A DNA stretch of 64,000 bases from Candidatus Thorarchaeota archaeon (GCA_016933575.1 JAFGAR010000064.1:32001-96000), one strand, 5' to 3'. Counted from the stretch's first letter, positions 1 through 11,013 are shown. The notes: generated by a model from the letters alone, not told the origin. Numbers and translations are program-made.

Positions 1-1
1 A

Positions 2-622
2 AACTCTGGACCAAATACAGCATTACTCGATGCCCTCTACTCATACGTTGACAGCGGCAGGAAACTGCTAATGTGCAACTATGATGTTGATTTCTATCCT
101 ACTCATCCGTTATGGTCAAAAATTGGAATTGAGTACTCTAGTGACATTACAACTGCAGACAGATTCTTTGTTTGGGATGAAATGCATGAGATATTCAATG
201 AACCATTTGATTATGGACTAACATACTTCAATGCGACCCTTAGTTTTGGTGATGATGGCGATCTGCTAACGGTAACTGGCGGATCTGTTGCATTAGCAGG
301 ATATGCTGTAAACGAAACTGCAGATAACGCACTTATTGTTCTCAATAGTGCAGGCACAGTTCTCTACAATGGCTTTCTCTTTGATATGATGGCTGGTGAT
401 ATTGATGACTCGACATATGAGGATCGATTTGAGTTATGGACCAACGAGTTAGCTTTTATGGTTACGACTGGTGGCGGAACTACATTACCATTTGACCTGC
501 TAACTCTTGCTATCATCGGCGGGGTGGCTCTGGTCCTAATCATCATCATTGTATTGGTGGTGCGGCGTAGATCATCTACTCCTGCTCCAAAACCAAAGAA
601 GAAGTCCACCAAGAAGAAATAA
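2..622 (+). CDS. C-terminal fragment of a secreted, membrane-anchored surface protein (5' end outside window)
   Basis: The frame is open from base 2 to the stop at 622. It ends in a Thr/Gly linker, a hydrophobic helix (LLTLAIIGGVALVLIIIIVLVV) and a basic tail (RRR...KPKKKSTKKK). Confidence 0.8.
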   Translation, partial: NSGPNTALLDALYSYVDSGRKLLMCNYDVDFYPTHPLWSKIGIEYSSDITTADRFFVWDEMHEIFNEPFDYGLTYFNATLSFGDDGDLLTVTGGSVALAGYAVNETADNALIVLNSAGTVLYNGFLFDMMAGDIDDSTYEDRFELWTNELAFMVTTGGGTTLPFDLLTLAIIGGVALVLIIIIVLVVRRRSSTPAPKPKKKSTKKK

Positions 623-630
623 CTTGAACT

Positions 631-673
631 GAGAAGCCTTTAACAGAGGCTTCTCCTCTCTTTCTTTTTTTTT
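631..673 (+). terminator. Hairpin + U-tract terminator
   Basis: GAGAAGCCT-ttaacag-AGGCTTCTC followed by a pyrimidine/T run, directly after the stop at 622. Confidence 0.7.
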
Positions 674-826
674 AAATCAAAACAAGTGGCAAGTCTCAGC
701 TGCTCACCGTTTCATCATTGCACAAGGCTCTGACAGTAATGTTAGCCTCATCGACTGCCAAATATTTCTTAATGCTATTCTCTTATCAGTATGTTCAATG
801 GACTAATATGCGGGAATATGAAAAGT

Positions 827-2629
827 TCAATCTAGTCGATGTCTCGCCTTGAATCTGGCAATTGCCTCAGGTCCCATTCTTCCGACTTTCCGGTCTATAT
901 CTTCTTTGAGAATCCTGATCATAGATGGTCTGCCATGACAGCAGTTGTACTTACTCTTTGTTCTGGACAATTCTTCGATGAGGTCGCGGATTTCTTCATT
1001 ACTTAGAGACTGGCCTGAACGGATTGCTGAGTGGCATGCTGCAACTTTAATTACATTGTCCATGAAAGCATCCACTGCTTCTTTTTCTCCAATATCGACG
1101 ATTCTATCAACTAATGATATTAGTTCTATCTCACTCGCAACTCGTCCAAAAATCTCAGGCACTGCTGAGATAGATATCTCATTACCACCAAAACTAGTAA
1201 TTGAGAATCCAATGTTGTCAAGGGTCTCTGCGAGGTCAAGGATCTGTTCGGCATCTTTCGGACTCAGGCTCAGAATAAATGGCTGAAGTAGTTCCTGAAC
1301 CGCTACTGTTCCAGTGTTGACTTCTTTTCTCAATTGTTCGTACAGAACTCTCTCATGTGCTGCATGTTGATCTACTATGAGAAGTCCTTCATCAGATTCG
1401 AGGAGAATGTACAATTTATGTATCTGGCCAACAATCCTGAATACGCCGCCAAGAATTTCGACTCCAATCGATTCTTCATTCTCTATATCTGGTGGCTTGA
1501 GAATCACCTGTTCAACAAGAGGTATAGCTGCTATTTGTTCCTCTTGAAGAATTGGTGCAGTTCCATGTGATTCTTTCTCATTATTCTCCTGAGTTGGCAA
1601 TCCTAGGATCGATTCGAGGGTTGTTGCTTCAGTTTTTTCTTCACGTTCACCCAAAGCATATCTCACTGCTCTACTGACAGCTTCGCAGACTTTTTCAATA
1701 TTGAGAATACGTACTTCTCTTTTAGTTGGGTGAACATTGACGTCAACCTTAGACAGATCTAGAGAAACATCAAGAGCGCATATTGGAAACTGACCTTTCA
1801 TCAGAGTTGTTGAGAATGCGATTTCTACAGATTGACTCAATCGTTCATCTGATATCGGTCTCTTGACCACTGAGAAATACTCTCTTGACCTATTTCCACG
1901 CGAGATTGGTGGTCTTGCAATGAATCCACTGATTCGTATCTCATCGGTCTTGTAATCGACATCGACCAATGCCTTAGCTACATCTATGCCCCAAAGCGCT
2001 GTTATCCTATCAGTAGCACTCTGTTTAGGTGGGCAATCTATTACAAGTTCATTGTTTCTTCTCAATCTAAAACCAATCTCAGGTCGTATGACTGCGTGTC
2101 TCATTACGGCTTCCTGAATTCTCTGAGCTTCAGTTTTTTCATCTGCAAGATGTTTCCGTCTTGCAGGGATATCTCTGAATAAGTCTGTGACTTCTACAGT
2201 TGTTCCAACTGGTCGCGCTTGGTCTCTAATTGTTGTCTTTTGTCCAAATCGGGAAGTAACCACAGTACCTATCTCTTCACTCTCTGTTTGCGTAGTGATT
2301 CTAATATCTCCAACTGCCGCTATACTTGCTAATGCTTCTCCCCTGAAGCCATAGGTTGCAATATGCTCAATATCCTCTCTTGTACTGATCTTACTGGTTG
2401 AGTAACGGTGCAAGCAAATTGCACAGTCCTCTCTCAGAATACCAGTTCCATTATCTGACACTACAATTGATTTTGTGCCACCCTCTTCAATGGATATATC
2501 TATCAGGTTTGCTCCTGCATCAAGGGAGTTCTCCATCAATTCCTTTACTATTGATGAAGGATTCTCAATCACCTCTCCAGCTGAGATCAAGGACACAAGG
2601 TCCTCGGTCAGCATCCTGACCTTACCCAT
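827..2629 (-). CDS. mutL: DNA mismatch repair endonuclease MutL
   Basis: N-terminal ISAGEVIE, VKELMENSLDAGA and GFRGEALASI (GHKL ATPase); DVNVHPTKREV; C-terminal DQHAAHERVLYE, ACH and CCHGRP endonuclease motifs. Confidence 0.97.
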   Translation of the reverse strand: MGKVRMLTEDLVSLISAGEVIENPSSIVKELMENSLDAGANLIDISIEEGGTKSIVVSDNGTGILREDCAICLHRYSTSKISTREDIEHIATYGFRGEALASIAAVGDIRITTQTESEEIGTVVTSRFGQKTTIRDQARPVGTTVEVTDLFRDIPARRKHLADEKTEAQRIQEAVMRHAVIRPEIGFRLRRNNELVIDCPPKQSATDRITALWGIDVAKALVDVDYKTDEIRISGFIARPPISRGNRSREYFSVVKRPISDERLSQSVEIAFSTTLMKGQFPICALDVSLDLSKVDVNVHPTKREVRILNIEKVCEAVSRAVRYALGEREEKTEATTLESILGLPTQENNEKESHGTAPILQEEQIAAIPLVEQVILKPPDIENEESIGVEILGGVFRIVGQIHKLYILLESDEGLLIVDQHAAHERVLYEQLRKEVNTGTVAVQELLQPFILSLSPKDAEQILDLAETLDNIGFSITSFGGNEISISAVPEIFGRVASEIELISLVDRIVDIGEKEAVDAFMDNVIKVAACHSAIRSGQSLSNEEIRDLIEELSRTKSKYNCCHGRPSMIRILKEDIDRKVGRMGPEAIARFKARHRLD

Positions 2630-2638
2630 TAAACCACC

Positions 2639-4204
2639 TCATGTCCGAGCGATTGAGTATTCAACTATTCCTCCCACAACAGTCATTTCTACATCGACAT
2701 CATTGATATCTTGTGGATCTATCTCCAATATATTATCTGAGAGGACAACAAAATCCGCTCTTTTTCCCACTGTCAAACTACCTAGAGTGTCTTCCTGAAA
2801 TACAGAGTATGCACTCTCCATCGTGTAGCATCTAAGAGCTTCTTCAACCGTAAGCCTCACCCTGTCGTTGTGATGAGTGGTGGCTGACCAGATTCCATAT
2901 AGTGGTCCATAAGGCATTCCATCAGAACCAAAGCAAAGTCGTGCTCCATTATCTAGAGCAACACGAAACATATTCATCCCACGAACTGTTTCTTCGTCGA
3001 GTCGTTCATCATAGAGTCCTCCTGGCTGTTGCCAACGACCAACAAAGTTTGGCTGCATTGATAAAATTAGACCAAGACCTACGGCTCGTCGAATCTGATA
3101 TTCATTAATTAATTCTGCATGTTCGATCCTGTGTCGTTGTACTCTGATTGCACTTTTAGTTTCAAGCCTTTCAAAGGTTGAAATGACCATCTCAATGGCT
3201 TCATCACCAATTGCATGAGTCGCTGTCTGAATGTTATTTTCAACAGCCTGTTTGATAACAGACTCGTATTCTTTTGGTGGGAAGAATATCATTCCCTTAT
3301 TCTGTGGGTTCTTTTTGTATCCCTTCGACACTGCTGCAGTCATTGCGCCTATTGATCCGTCTGTGAAGATCTTGACACCTCCAACCTTGACCAAAGGACT
3401 TCCCATAGCTGATGTCATTCCCAGATTTATCATATGGGACATCTGACTAACAGGAATATTGACAATCATCCTAGTGGTTAGTCTTTGCTGCATCTCAATT
3501 TCACGTATGTGCTTCAAAGTACCACTCGCGGCGTTATCAACGACAGCAGTTATTCCATGCTCATTAGCAATCCTATTTCCAGCAATCACGCCATCACGAA
3601 TCTTGTCAGGTCCTGACCTTACTTTTTCCCACACTTCATCGATGTCCTTTAACACTCCAGTTGGTTTTCCTTTCCTATCTTTCTCGACCCCAGTCTGCTT
3701 GAGCGATATTCCTAGCTTCTTTAATCCCACAGAATTCACGCTTGCAAGATGTCCATCTACTCGTGTTACCATAATTGGTCTCGTCTTACTAACATCATCC
3801 AAGTCCTTACCATTGATGTATCGTTTCTCAGACCAATCGCTCTCATCCCAACCATAACCAAGTACCCATTCATCATCCCCATAATTTGGCAAAACCTCTT
3901 TCAACGCTTTCTGTACATCTTCTACTGACTTTGTTGTCTCTAGTTTGACATGAGACTCTTTCACGCCTGCACTTGTTAAATGGGTGTGCGCATCAATGAA
4001 TCCGGGAACAACTGTCTTTCCACCCAGGTCAATGACTCGTTTTGCCGCGGGTACTAATTCTACAATTTCTTCCTCTTCTCCAACAGCCAGGACCTTATAG
4101 CTCTTTACTGCCAATGCAGAAGCGTATGGTTTCTGAGGATCCATTGTGATGATATTTCCATTGAAAACAACTAAGTCAGCTTCAATCTTCAAGGTATTTC
4201 CCAC
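2639..4204 (-). CDS. Amidohydrolase family 3 (YtcJ-like) metal-dependent hydrolase
   Basis: PGFIDAHTH, KIFTDGS, HAIGD, HRIEHA, GSD and GKRADFVVL motifs. Confidence 0.9.
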   Translation of the reverse strand: MGNTLKIEADLVVFNGNIITMDPQKPYASALAVKSYKVLAVGEEEEIVELVPAAKRVIDLGGKTVVPGFIDAHTHLTSAGVKESHVKLETTKSVEDVQKALKEVLPNYGDDEWVLGYGWDESDWSEKRYINGKDLDDVSKTRPIMVTRVDGHLASVNSVGLKKLGISLKQTGVEKDRKGKPTGVLKDIDEVWEKVRSGPDKIRDGVIAGNRIANEHGITAVVDNAASGTLKHIREIEMQQRLTTRMIVNIPVSQMSHMINLGMTSAMGSPLVKVGGVKIFTDGSIGAMTAAVSKGYKKNPQNKGMIFFPPKEYESVIKQAVENNIQTATHAIGDEAIEMVISTFERLETKSAIRVQRHRIEHAELINEYQIRRAVGLGLILSMQPNFVGRWQQPGGLYDERLDEETVRGMNMFRVALDNGARLCFGSDGMPYGPLYGIWSATTHHNDRVRLTVEEALRCYTMESAYSVFQEDTLGSLTVGKRADFVVLSDNILEIDPQDINDVDVEMTVVGGIVEYSIART

Positions 4205-4349
4205 GCACTTGATTATCTCAACAACGCCATATCTTTCTTGTCATTAAATCATGTGGGTTTTATTTTTTCTTCTCTTGGAAAAATAAACATCCAGCATATC
4301 CTCATATATAGAATTCACTGTTAATAATGATGGATATATAATATTTACA

Positions 4350-4426
4350 AGTGCCACCGTATGCCATACTTCAGTGTTCTGACGCGTCATCACTTCTCGT
4401 GGCGGGCGAGAGCAGACGGTTGCACT
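4350..4426 (+). promoter_or_regulatory. Putative structured 5' leader of the giant surface-protein gene
   Basis: The closing stem AGTGCCACCGT(A)TGC / GCA(G)ACGGTTGCACT encloses two small hairpins and ends just before the GGAG RBS. Confidence 0.4.
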
Positions 4427-4441
4427 CTGGAGATGACTTGA

Positions 4442-7400
4442 ATGCGTTCAATGCGATTAATCAACAAGACATTCACCTTGTTCCTATTGACATTGTTCGT
4501 AGTTTCCTTTGCAATGGCAGGTAATTCTGCAGCCATTCCTCAACAAGACTCTATAGTGATTGAGGATATGAACTACCTGGCTAGTCTACAACCAGTTTCC
4601 CAATCTACAACCGCAGATACTGGGACAAATGTGAATTGGTACACAGACACAGGACACTACAACAATACATGGACGTGGTCGAATAACAACTGGCTCTTTG
4701 GACCTGAAGCCAGCTATGAAATTTTCTATGACAATGGTAGTCAAGTCGATAAACTCGACTATCTGCCAGTTTCAGAACAGATTACTTGGAAGATAAATAT
4801 TCCAAAGAATGTTCTTCGAGGCTCTGGTATCAATTCAGTCTACATCAATGGTTGGTACATCGTACCTCCTGAGGCAAACATGACTGCTAGTTTCAATATT
4901 GACTTTTACAATGGGACTCCAGCAACATGGTCTGTTTATTCCTACAGCTGGAACCGCACCAACTATGAAAGCGGTCCACCATTCCTAACAATCAACCAGC
5001 CTGGTTGTTCCTTAACAGAGGACTCAGCTATGTATTATGTTACATACAAGATTACATTCTTGGAAGAAGTCCCCGTTGGACTCTACGGTATTAACATTCA
5101 GATTACTGATAGCGATTACAATTCACACACAGTGAAATCCAGGTATGCTTCAACATACGAGAGTGATAAGATTGCCATTGGTATCCCACGGTCTCTAGCT
5201 TATAGCGAAGCGTATCATGGTGGTTACACACTGGAGAAACAAGATCTTTCTGGTGATTTAATCTACAGTGTAAGCCGTGAAACAGACTTTATGATGCGTT
5301 TCAATATCACAGGAAACGGAGATCTCGACTATGCTATGCTATGGTCATACTTTAGTGGTCAGATGAAGATTCCTGTGAACCGAACAGGATATCATGATGT
5401 TATGGTAACAAAGACTGGTGGTTGGGTCTGGAATCCAGAAATTCAAACTTATATATACAACAATTCAATCGAGTTTACGATACCCGAGAGGGTTTGGGGC
5501 GAATATACAGAATATGAGTATTACTATGGTTCTGACTATCGAGAATATGAATATCGCTATCTTATGTACAACGCGACAACCGGTCTAGATGAAGTATATA
5601 CCTCAACTAGCACCCAACAAATGCAACTGATGTTTGTCTTCAATTTTACAACGTGGTCATTTGAAACACTCTATGGATTTACATATACAACATACCCCTT
5701 TGAGACCTTCGTGCCAGGAGTATATTATTCCGAAACTATATTCTACACTGAGCCAATCGAAAATGCTCCATTCCAAATGTTCGAATTGAATCTTGGATTA
5801 AGCAACGCCTATTCCCAAGATGGTGTTGTGAGTGTTGAATTCATAGGACATTTCACAGAGGATGCACCTAAGGGTTCTGTAGTCAATTTCTATGACATGG
5901 TCGTTGATAAAAGTGGCTTCTATTATGGCATTAATGCTGGAGACACTGGTGATTATCCTATGACTTGGCAAGAATACAATGATGCCAAGTCTGTAGCAGT
6001 TGAATCACCTGTCACTATAGCAAAACTTCTGCGACCAGACGACTCGCCTGTCTATGGTTGGTTCTTTCCAGCCAAATCTGGTGAGGAATTCAAAGTTCGG
6101 GGTCGTCTCCAAGGAGGAGCTGATCTAGCTTCTGATATCGATGGAGCCATCTTCGAGATGAAATCCTATGATAGTCACTATACTGATACATCTTATGGAT
6201 ACACAGACATGTACTATGAGATTCTAGTGGAATCTGATGCTACTGTAACAATGACAGCTTACAACTACACTGCATTGAACAATTACACATACGGATATCA
6301 CTGGGAGTGGGGACAGTACCTCGCAACTGGTTGGCATTATGAATACAATGAGACCTCTGGAGAAACAATATGGGTCTATGGTGATTACTACACCTATGGT
6401 GAACAATGGGTTGAAGGATGGTATTGGGACTGGTTCTATTTCAACCAAAAGACAGGTGAATGGGTGAATTATCGAGATTGGTACTACTACGATTATAGAT
6501 CTGAGGCAACAAAAGTCAATACTGCATTTGCTGAAGTATCTAACATAACCATCTATACGAGTGGCGGAGATCTCTATTACTCATTCCTTGTGAATCTTAC
6601 TGATTATGTCCGTGAGATTTCTCATTGGTGGGACTTCAGATTTGCAAATAGCACCTGGATAGAGGATCCCTCTTCCGAGATGGGTTTCCATGATATTGGT
6701 ATCTGGAGATCTGGGTGGATTCATAGCTTCGATCATATGGGCGAAGAGGTCTATGTAGATGTCACATCAAAGATTGGTGTGTACAACAGCTCAATCTCTG
6801 GTATCTCAGATTGGCTTCCAGTCGAAGAGACCCCCTATATCTCAATTGATGGTGTTGACTACCCAATCAAAGTTCGAAACATCATGTATTCTTACTCTAC
6901 TACGACTGAGGAGAGAATTCTCTTCTATGACAATGATGGTGAGTATTATGAACTCCTGAATGGCACCAAGATCTATATTCAAAGCGAGCGGACAGCCTTC
7001 ATCTATAATGTGACCATTCCATTCTATGGTTCGTTCCTCACAACTCAGAAACATGCATACTATTGGTATGACGGAGTCGAATATTGGAACAGCTGGATAG
7101 ATATCAATGGCAATGTTCACCAAGGAACTGATTATTCCGACTGGGATATGAATGCAATCGTGGAGTACCTTAGCTCGTCAGATATTATTCAAGCTGGATA
7201 CTATCTTCGTGTAGGTGAATCAACAATCCTTCGCGTGCAAGACTATCCACGCAGTGATCCTAGGACTGGTACAGAATATATCTTAGATGAATTCGGTACA
7301 CGATATGATCTAGTCTATGTTTATGGTTACCAATACATTGACTATGAAGGATTGCTTCAACGTGTATCCTACACACAAGAGTACTTTAACGCAACTTACC

Positions 7401-10318
7401 TCTCATCTCCAGTATTTGTGCCTGGATGGCAAGCACTGCAGGAGCAGTGGTTCACAGTTGAAGGTCATAATGAAATGCCTTATCCTGGTGCGTTAGCTGA
7501 CTGGTCAGGAGTCTATTATACTGACGCGGAATACTACGGAAAGGTTCCAACAACAAAGACCATTGGTATAAATGAACAGACATACTTTGTTGAAGGTAAT
7601 CCTGATATGTCAGGTTGGAACGAATATGACAATACTAACCACACCGGCTTCTGGGTCATTATAGACTCCACAAACTACTCGCTTGATGGTCAAAGAATGT
7701 GGCATGCTTCAGTAAATGGTACTTCATATTGGCAACCTGCGGTTGTAGGTAGAACCCTCGATTATGGCTCCTTTGATGGTATGGCTTTCGAAATCGAGGG
7801 AAGTATAGGTATCATCACAGAAAGCAATTACTATGTTTCATACTTGTACAACTCAAGCTACAATTATGAATATGAATGGTGGGTTGATTTAGAAAATGGT
7901 ACTGTCCTTTCCTGTGAACCACGAACTATTTTCGAGGTCTATCTAGTGAATGCTAATGGTACCTTTGTCTACACATATAATCCCTATCCATATGAAGAGT
8001 ACATCAGCGAAACTGAACGATACTACTACATTCTGGACTTGGATGGTATTCGACACTATGTTGATAATTATTACAAACTACCTGTCCAAGAATTAGTCGT
8101 AACCGTTGGTTGGGTCGAGTATAACACATCTGGATTTGGAACATTCCACTATTTTGTAAATGGCACTGAATATTTCGAGGACTATAGTGGTGGTCATGGT
8201 GGTGTGACAACAATGGTCTTCACCAATGGCACACTATCCGGGAAATATTTCTTCAGATGGTCTGATCATGATAATGTAATCTATGAAATTGTCTACGAAG
8301 GTACGACTTACCAAACGACTTCTTCTCATAGCTATATATACCAAGTCGGTAGTGTTCTAGGTCAGGCATTAGTGTACAAACTTCAACCAATCCCAAGTGT
8401 CACTTTCAAGAACTTCAATGAGATCATTGTTGGAAATCCACGATGGGCTCTCTGGGGAGTTCAGACTTGGGCTAAGTCCGATGTTAACAATGCACTAGAT
8501 TTAGATGGCGACCTGTCTACCACAGATGACCAGTACTATGTGCTCTCTGAATATCAATCAACAAACTCATGGACTTCTGAATGGAGCCGCATGTGGGTTG
8601 ACCTTGTTTGGGATCCAAATGGAACCTTATTTGGCGATGAGATGTACATCCACTCTTGGATGGGTGTTGAAACATATACCTGGTCATATCAATGGGCTGA
8701 GAGTTTCTATTGGTATCATGCTGATGACTTCACTCCTGTAGACTCAGCTGAGTGGACTATCATCAACTCCACAATCTTAAACGAGGATGGTCTTCCTCGG
8801 GCTGGGTACTGGGACATCGCTCATATGGCAAATAATGTCACTTGGGAAGATATAGTCACCGAAGCAATTGAGAATGGTTGGGACTGGTTTGATCAGGGTG
8901 AACAGACATGGACTTGGCTATCTTTCGGTGTAGGTCAGCATTATGGTGTTGACACTGAGACCGGATGGTCTTCACTTGATCTTCGCTATGAATACTCAGG
9001 ACTGATGATCTGGGAAGATGGACTTGTTGGCAATAACTCTGTCATGGAAACCTACATGACAAATCCTGGCGATGGTGAACTCACTCACTACTTTATCCCT
9101 GATTCTGTGGATAGCGTAAGCTTTGTCACTCCAGGCATGGCTTACAGTGTTCCTGATGCATCTGGATCACTTCAACTTGATATTGAGGATGAAGTGACTT
9201 GGGGCGTCACATTTTCTGGCATCAATGGAACTACATTCCCATTCAATGCCTATGCATATTGGGACTGGTACGGAGGTGTGGTGACAGGAACTGACCTTCG
9301 AACATTTGATGAAAGACCCACAAAGGTCGCCATTGATATGATTGAATTCCTAGTCCATTTTCAGGGACATCTCAATTCAACAGAAGGTGCGACAAGTAAC
9401 TATGCTACCATGAAGGTCGATAACACCGTAGGTCAATGGGGTGTTGATCTTAATGGAGGTATTGAAAATCTAGACGGCAAATCTTTGGCTCTAAACTATC
9501 TTGCTGATATCAGCACTTCACAGTTTAAAGTGAATGCATCTGCAGTTGGTCAAGAAGACACGATTGTTTCAGACCGATTCGAGATTGGTGATACTAGTGC
9601 AAAGTTCGCTGAGATGATCATTGGAGGCGTAACCTATGAGTGGGCTGGTGATCCATACACACAATACAATGTATCGAGTCAGACAACTCCATACAGCACC
9701 TTCACCAGTGCCTATCAGTCTGATAATGGTCAGTCTGCAACCTCTTGGGCATTCACATCAACACAGTACTACGTTTCAATAGGTTTTCCAGAGTGGGATG
9801 GTCTCTATGTCTATCAAGACCCAGTCTTTGTTGGCTATATATCAACTTCTGGACAGACTGGTGGTGACAGCGTAGAATTCAGTGCTTTCAGCATCAATCC
9901 TTCAGTTCCCACTTCAAGTGATTCTGTTGAAGTGACTGTAGACATCTATTCCGATTATACAATCTGGAATGTTAACCTTGTCTATAGTACTGATGGTGAA
10001 AACTATGGTATGAACACTGCTATGTCAAAGATGAGTGACACTCGATGGAACGGAGTAATTCCTCCATTCTCTGATGATACTCAGATTTGGTACAAGATTG
10101 TTGCCTACACTGACTCTGGCACTTTCGAGTCAGCTCCACAATCATATATAGTTGGACAAGGAATGGTGACAATCACTCCTACCTTCCCAACTACAACAAC
10201 AGGTTCCACTGGTCCGACATGGACTGGCGAGGGTCCCTCGCTGGAACTTATTATGATGATTGGTGGGATTGGTCTGGTTGTTGTGATGATAGCAGCGATG
10301 GCTAGGCGACGAAAGTAA
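4442..10318 (+). CDS. Giant (1958 aa) secreted Tyr/Trp-rich surface glycoprotein, S-layer/adhesin-like, with C-terminal membrane anchor
   Basis: N-terminal signal peptide, many N-x-S/T sequons, Thr-rich linker, C-terminal TM helix + RRRK. No catalytic motif recognised. Confidence 0.8.
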   Translation: MRSMRLINKTFTLFLLTLFVVSFAMAGNSAAIPQQDSIVIEDMNYLASLQPVSQSTTADTGTNVNWYTDTGHYNNTWTWSNNNWLFGPEASYEIFYDNGSQVDKLDYLPVSEQITWKINIPKNVLRGSGINSVYINGWYIVPPEANMTASFNIDFYNGTPATWSVYSYSWNRTNYESGPPFLTINQPGCSLTEDSAMYYVTYKITFLEEVPVGLYGINIQITDSDYNSHTVKSRYASTYESDKIAIGIPRSLAYSEAYHGGYTLEKQDLSGDLIYSVSRETDFMMRFNITGNGDLDYAMLWSYFSGQMKIPVNRTGYHDVMVTKTGGWVWNPEIQTYIYNNSIEFTIPERVWGEYTEYEYYYGSDYREYEYRYLMYNATTGLDEVYTSTSTQQMQLMFVFNFTTWSFETLYGFTYTTYPFETFVPGVYYSETIFYTEPIENAPFQMFELNLGLSNAYSQDGVVSVEFIGHFTEDAPKGSVVNFYDMVVDKSGFYYGINAGDTGDYPMTWQEYNDAKSVAVESPVTIAKLLRPDDSPVYGWFFPAKSGEEFKVRGRLQGGADLASDIDGAIFEMKSYDSHYTDTSYGYTDMYYEILVESDATVTMTAYNYTALNNYTYGYHWEWGQYLATGWHYEYNETSGETIWVYGDYYTYGEQWVEGWYWDWFYFNQKTGEWVNYRDWYYYDYRSEATKVNTAFAEVSNITIYTSGGDLYYSFLVNLTDYVREISHWWDFRFANSTWIEDPSSEMGFHDIGIWRSGWIHSFDHMGEEVYVDVTSKIGVYNSSISGISDWLPVEETPYISIDGVDYPIKVRNIMYSYSTTTEERILFYDNDGEYYELLNGTKIYIQSERTAFIYNVTIPFYGSFLTTQKHAYYWYDGVEYWNSWIDINGNVHQGTDYSDWDMNAIVEYLSSSDIIQAGYYLRVGESTILRVQDYPRSDPRTGTEYILDEFGTRYDLVYVYGYQYIDYEGLLQRVSYTQEYFNATYLSSPVFVPGWQALQEQWFTVEGHNEMPYPGALADWSGVYYTDAEYYGKVPTTKTIGINEQTYFVEGNPDMSGWNEYDNTNHTGFWVIIDSTNYSLDGQRMWHASVNGTSYWQPAVVGRTLDYGSFDGMAFEIEGSIGIITESNYYVSYLYNSSYNYEYEWWVDLENGTVLSCEPRTIFEVYLVNANGTFVYTYNPYPYEEYISETERYYYILDLDGIRHYVDNYYKLPVQELVVTVGWVEYNTSGFGTFHYFVNGTEYFEDYSGGHGGVTTMVFTNGTLSGKYFFRWSDHDNVIYEIVYEGTTYQTTSSHSYIYQVGSVLGQALVYKLQPIPSVTFKNFNEIIVGNPRWALWGVQTWAKSDVNNALDLDGDLSTTDDQYYVLSEYQSTNSWTSEWSRMWVDLVWDPNGTLFGDEMYIHSWMGVETYTWSYQWAESFYWYHADDFTPVDSAEWTIINSTILNEDGLPRAGYWDIAHMANNVTWEDIVTEAIENGWDWFDQGEQTWTWLSFGVGQHYGVDTETGWSSLDLRYEYSGLMIWEDGLVGNNSVMETYMTNPGDGELTHYFIPDSVDSVSFVTPGMAYSVPDASGSLQLDIEDEVTWGVTFSGINGTTFPFNAYAYWDWYGGVVTGTDLRTFDERPTKVAIDMIEFLVHFQGHLNSTEGATSNYATMKVDNTVGQWGVDLNGGIENLDGKSLALNYLADISTSQFKVNASAVGQEDTIVSDRFEIGDTSAKFAEMIIGGVTYEWAGDPYTQYNVSSQTTPYSTFTSAYQSDNGQSATSWAFTSTQYYVSIGFPEWDGLYVYQDPVFVGYISTSGQTGGDSVEFSAFSINPSVPTSSDSVEVTVDIYSDYTIWNVNLVYSTDGENYGMNTAMSKMSDTRWNGVIPPFSDDTQIWYKIVAYTDSGTFESAPQSYIVGQGMVTITPTFPTTTTGSTGPTWTGEGPSLELIMMIGGIGLVVVMIAAMARRRK

Positions 10319-10321
10319 TTC

Positions 10322-10360
10322 AAAGAAGAGGGGTTATCCCCTCTTTCTTTCTCTTTTTCT
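10322..10360 (+). terminator. Hairpin + pyrimidine-tract terminator
   Basis: AAGAGGGG-ttat-CCCCTCTT then a T-rich tract, between convergent genes. Confidence 0.65.
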
Positions 10361-10365
10361 AAATA

Positions 10366-11013
10366 CTATTTCTTCGGAACTTTCTTCCAGTCATCAAGAA
10401 ATTTTTGTATACCAATATCCGTAAGTGGATGATTGACCATCTTGTCCAACACTGCAGGTGGTATTGTTGCAATGTCTGCTCCAATCAATGCAGCTTCATA
10501 AACATGGATTGGATGCCTGATACTCGCAACAATTATTTCTGTTTCAAATCCATAATTTACATATATTTGGGCAATACTCTCAATCAGTTCCATTCCAGTA
10601 TGACCTACGTCATCCAATCGACCAATGAAAGGCGAAACAAATGAAGCACCAGCCTTTGCAGCTAGGAGGGCTTGGTTCGCGCTAAAGCACAAAGTGACAT
10701 TTGTCTGAATTCCTTCATCTGCGCATTGCTTCACAACCTTAAGACCTTCCCAGGTCATCGGAATCTTAATTGCTGCATTATCTATCCAGCTGTTTAATTC
10801 ACGAGCCTCTTTCATCATTCCCTCAGCATCCTCACTGACTGCCTCGAGACTGATTGGTCCTGTGACGAAAGATGCAATCTCATCTACAATCTTTCTGAAG
10901 TCTTTTCCTTCCTTTGCTACTAGCGAAGGATTTGTTGTAACACCGTCAACCATCCCTCTCTCATGCGCTTTCCGAATTGCTTCAACATTTGCAGTATCTA
11001 TGAAGAATTTCAA
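10366..11013 (-). CDS. tal: Transaldolase (TalC/MipB-type)
   Basis: [18 protein letters not shown] (Schiff-base Lys), NVTL and SPFIGR. Glu in SLEAV and Phe in SPF favour transaldolase over FSA. Confidence 0.92.
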   Translation of the reverse strand: MKFFIDTANVEAIRKAHERGMVDGVTTNPSLVAKEGKDFRKIVDEIASFVTGPISLEAVSEDAEGMMKEARELNSWIDNAAIKIPMTWEGLKVVKQCADEGIQTNVTLCFSANQALLAAKAGASFVSPFIGRLDDVGHTGMELIESIAQIYVNYGFETEIIVASIRHPIHVYEAALIGADIATIPPAVLDKMVNHPLTDIGIQKFLDDWKKVPKK

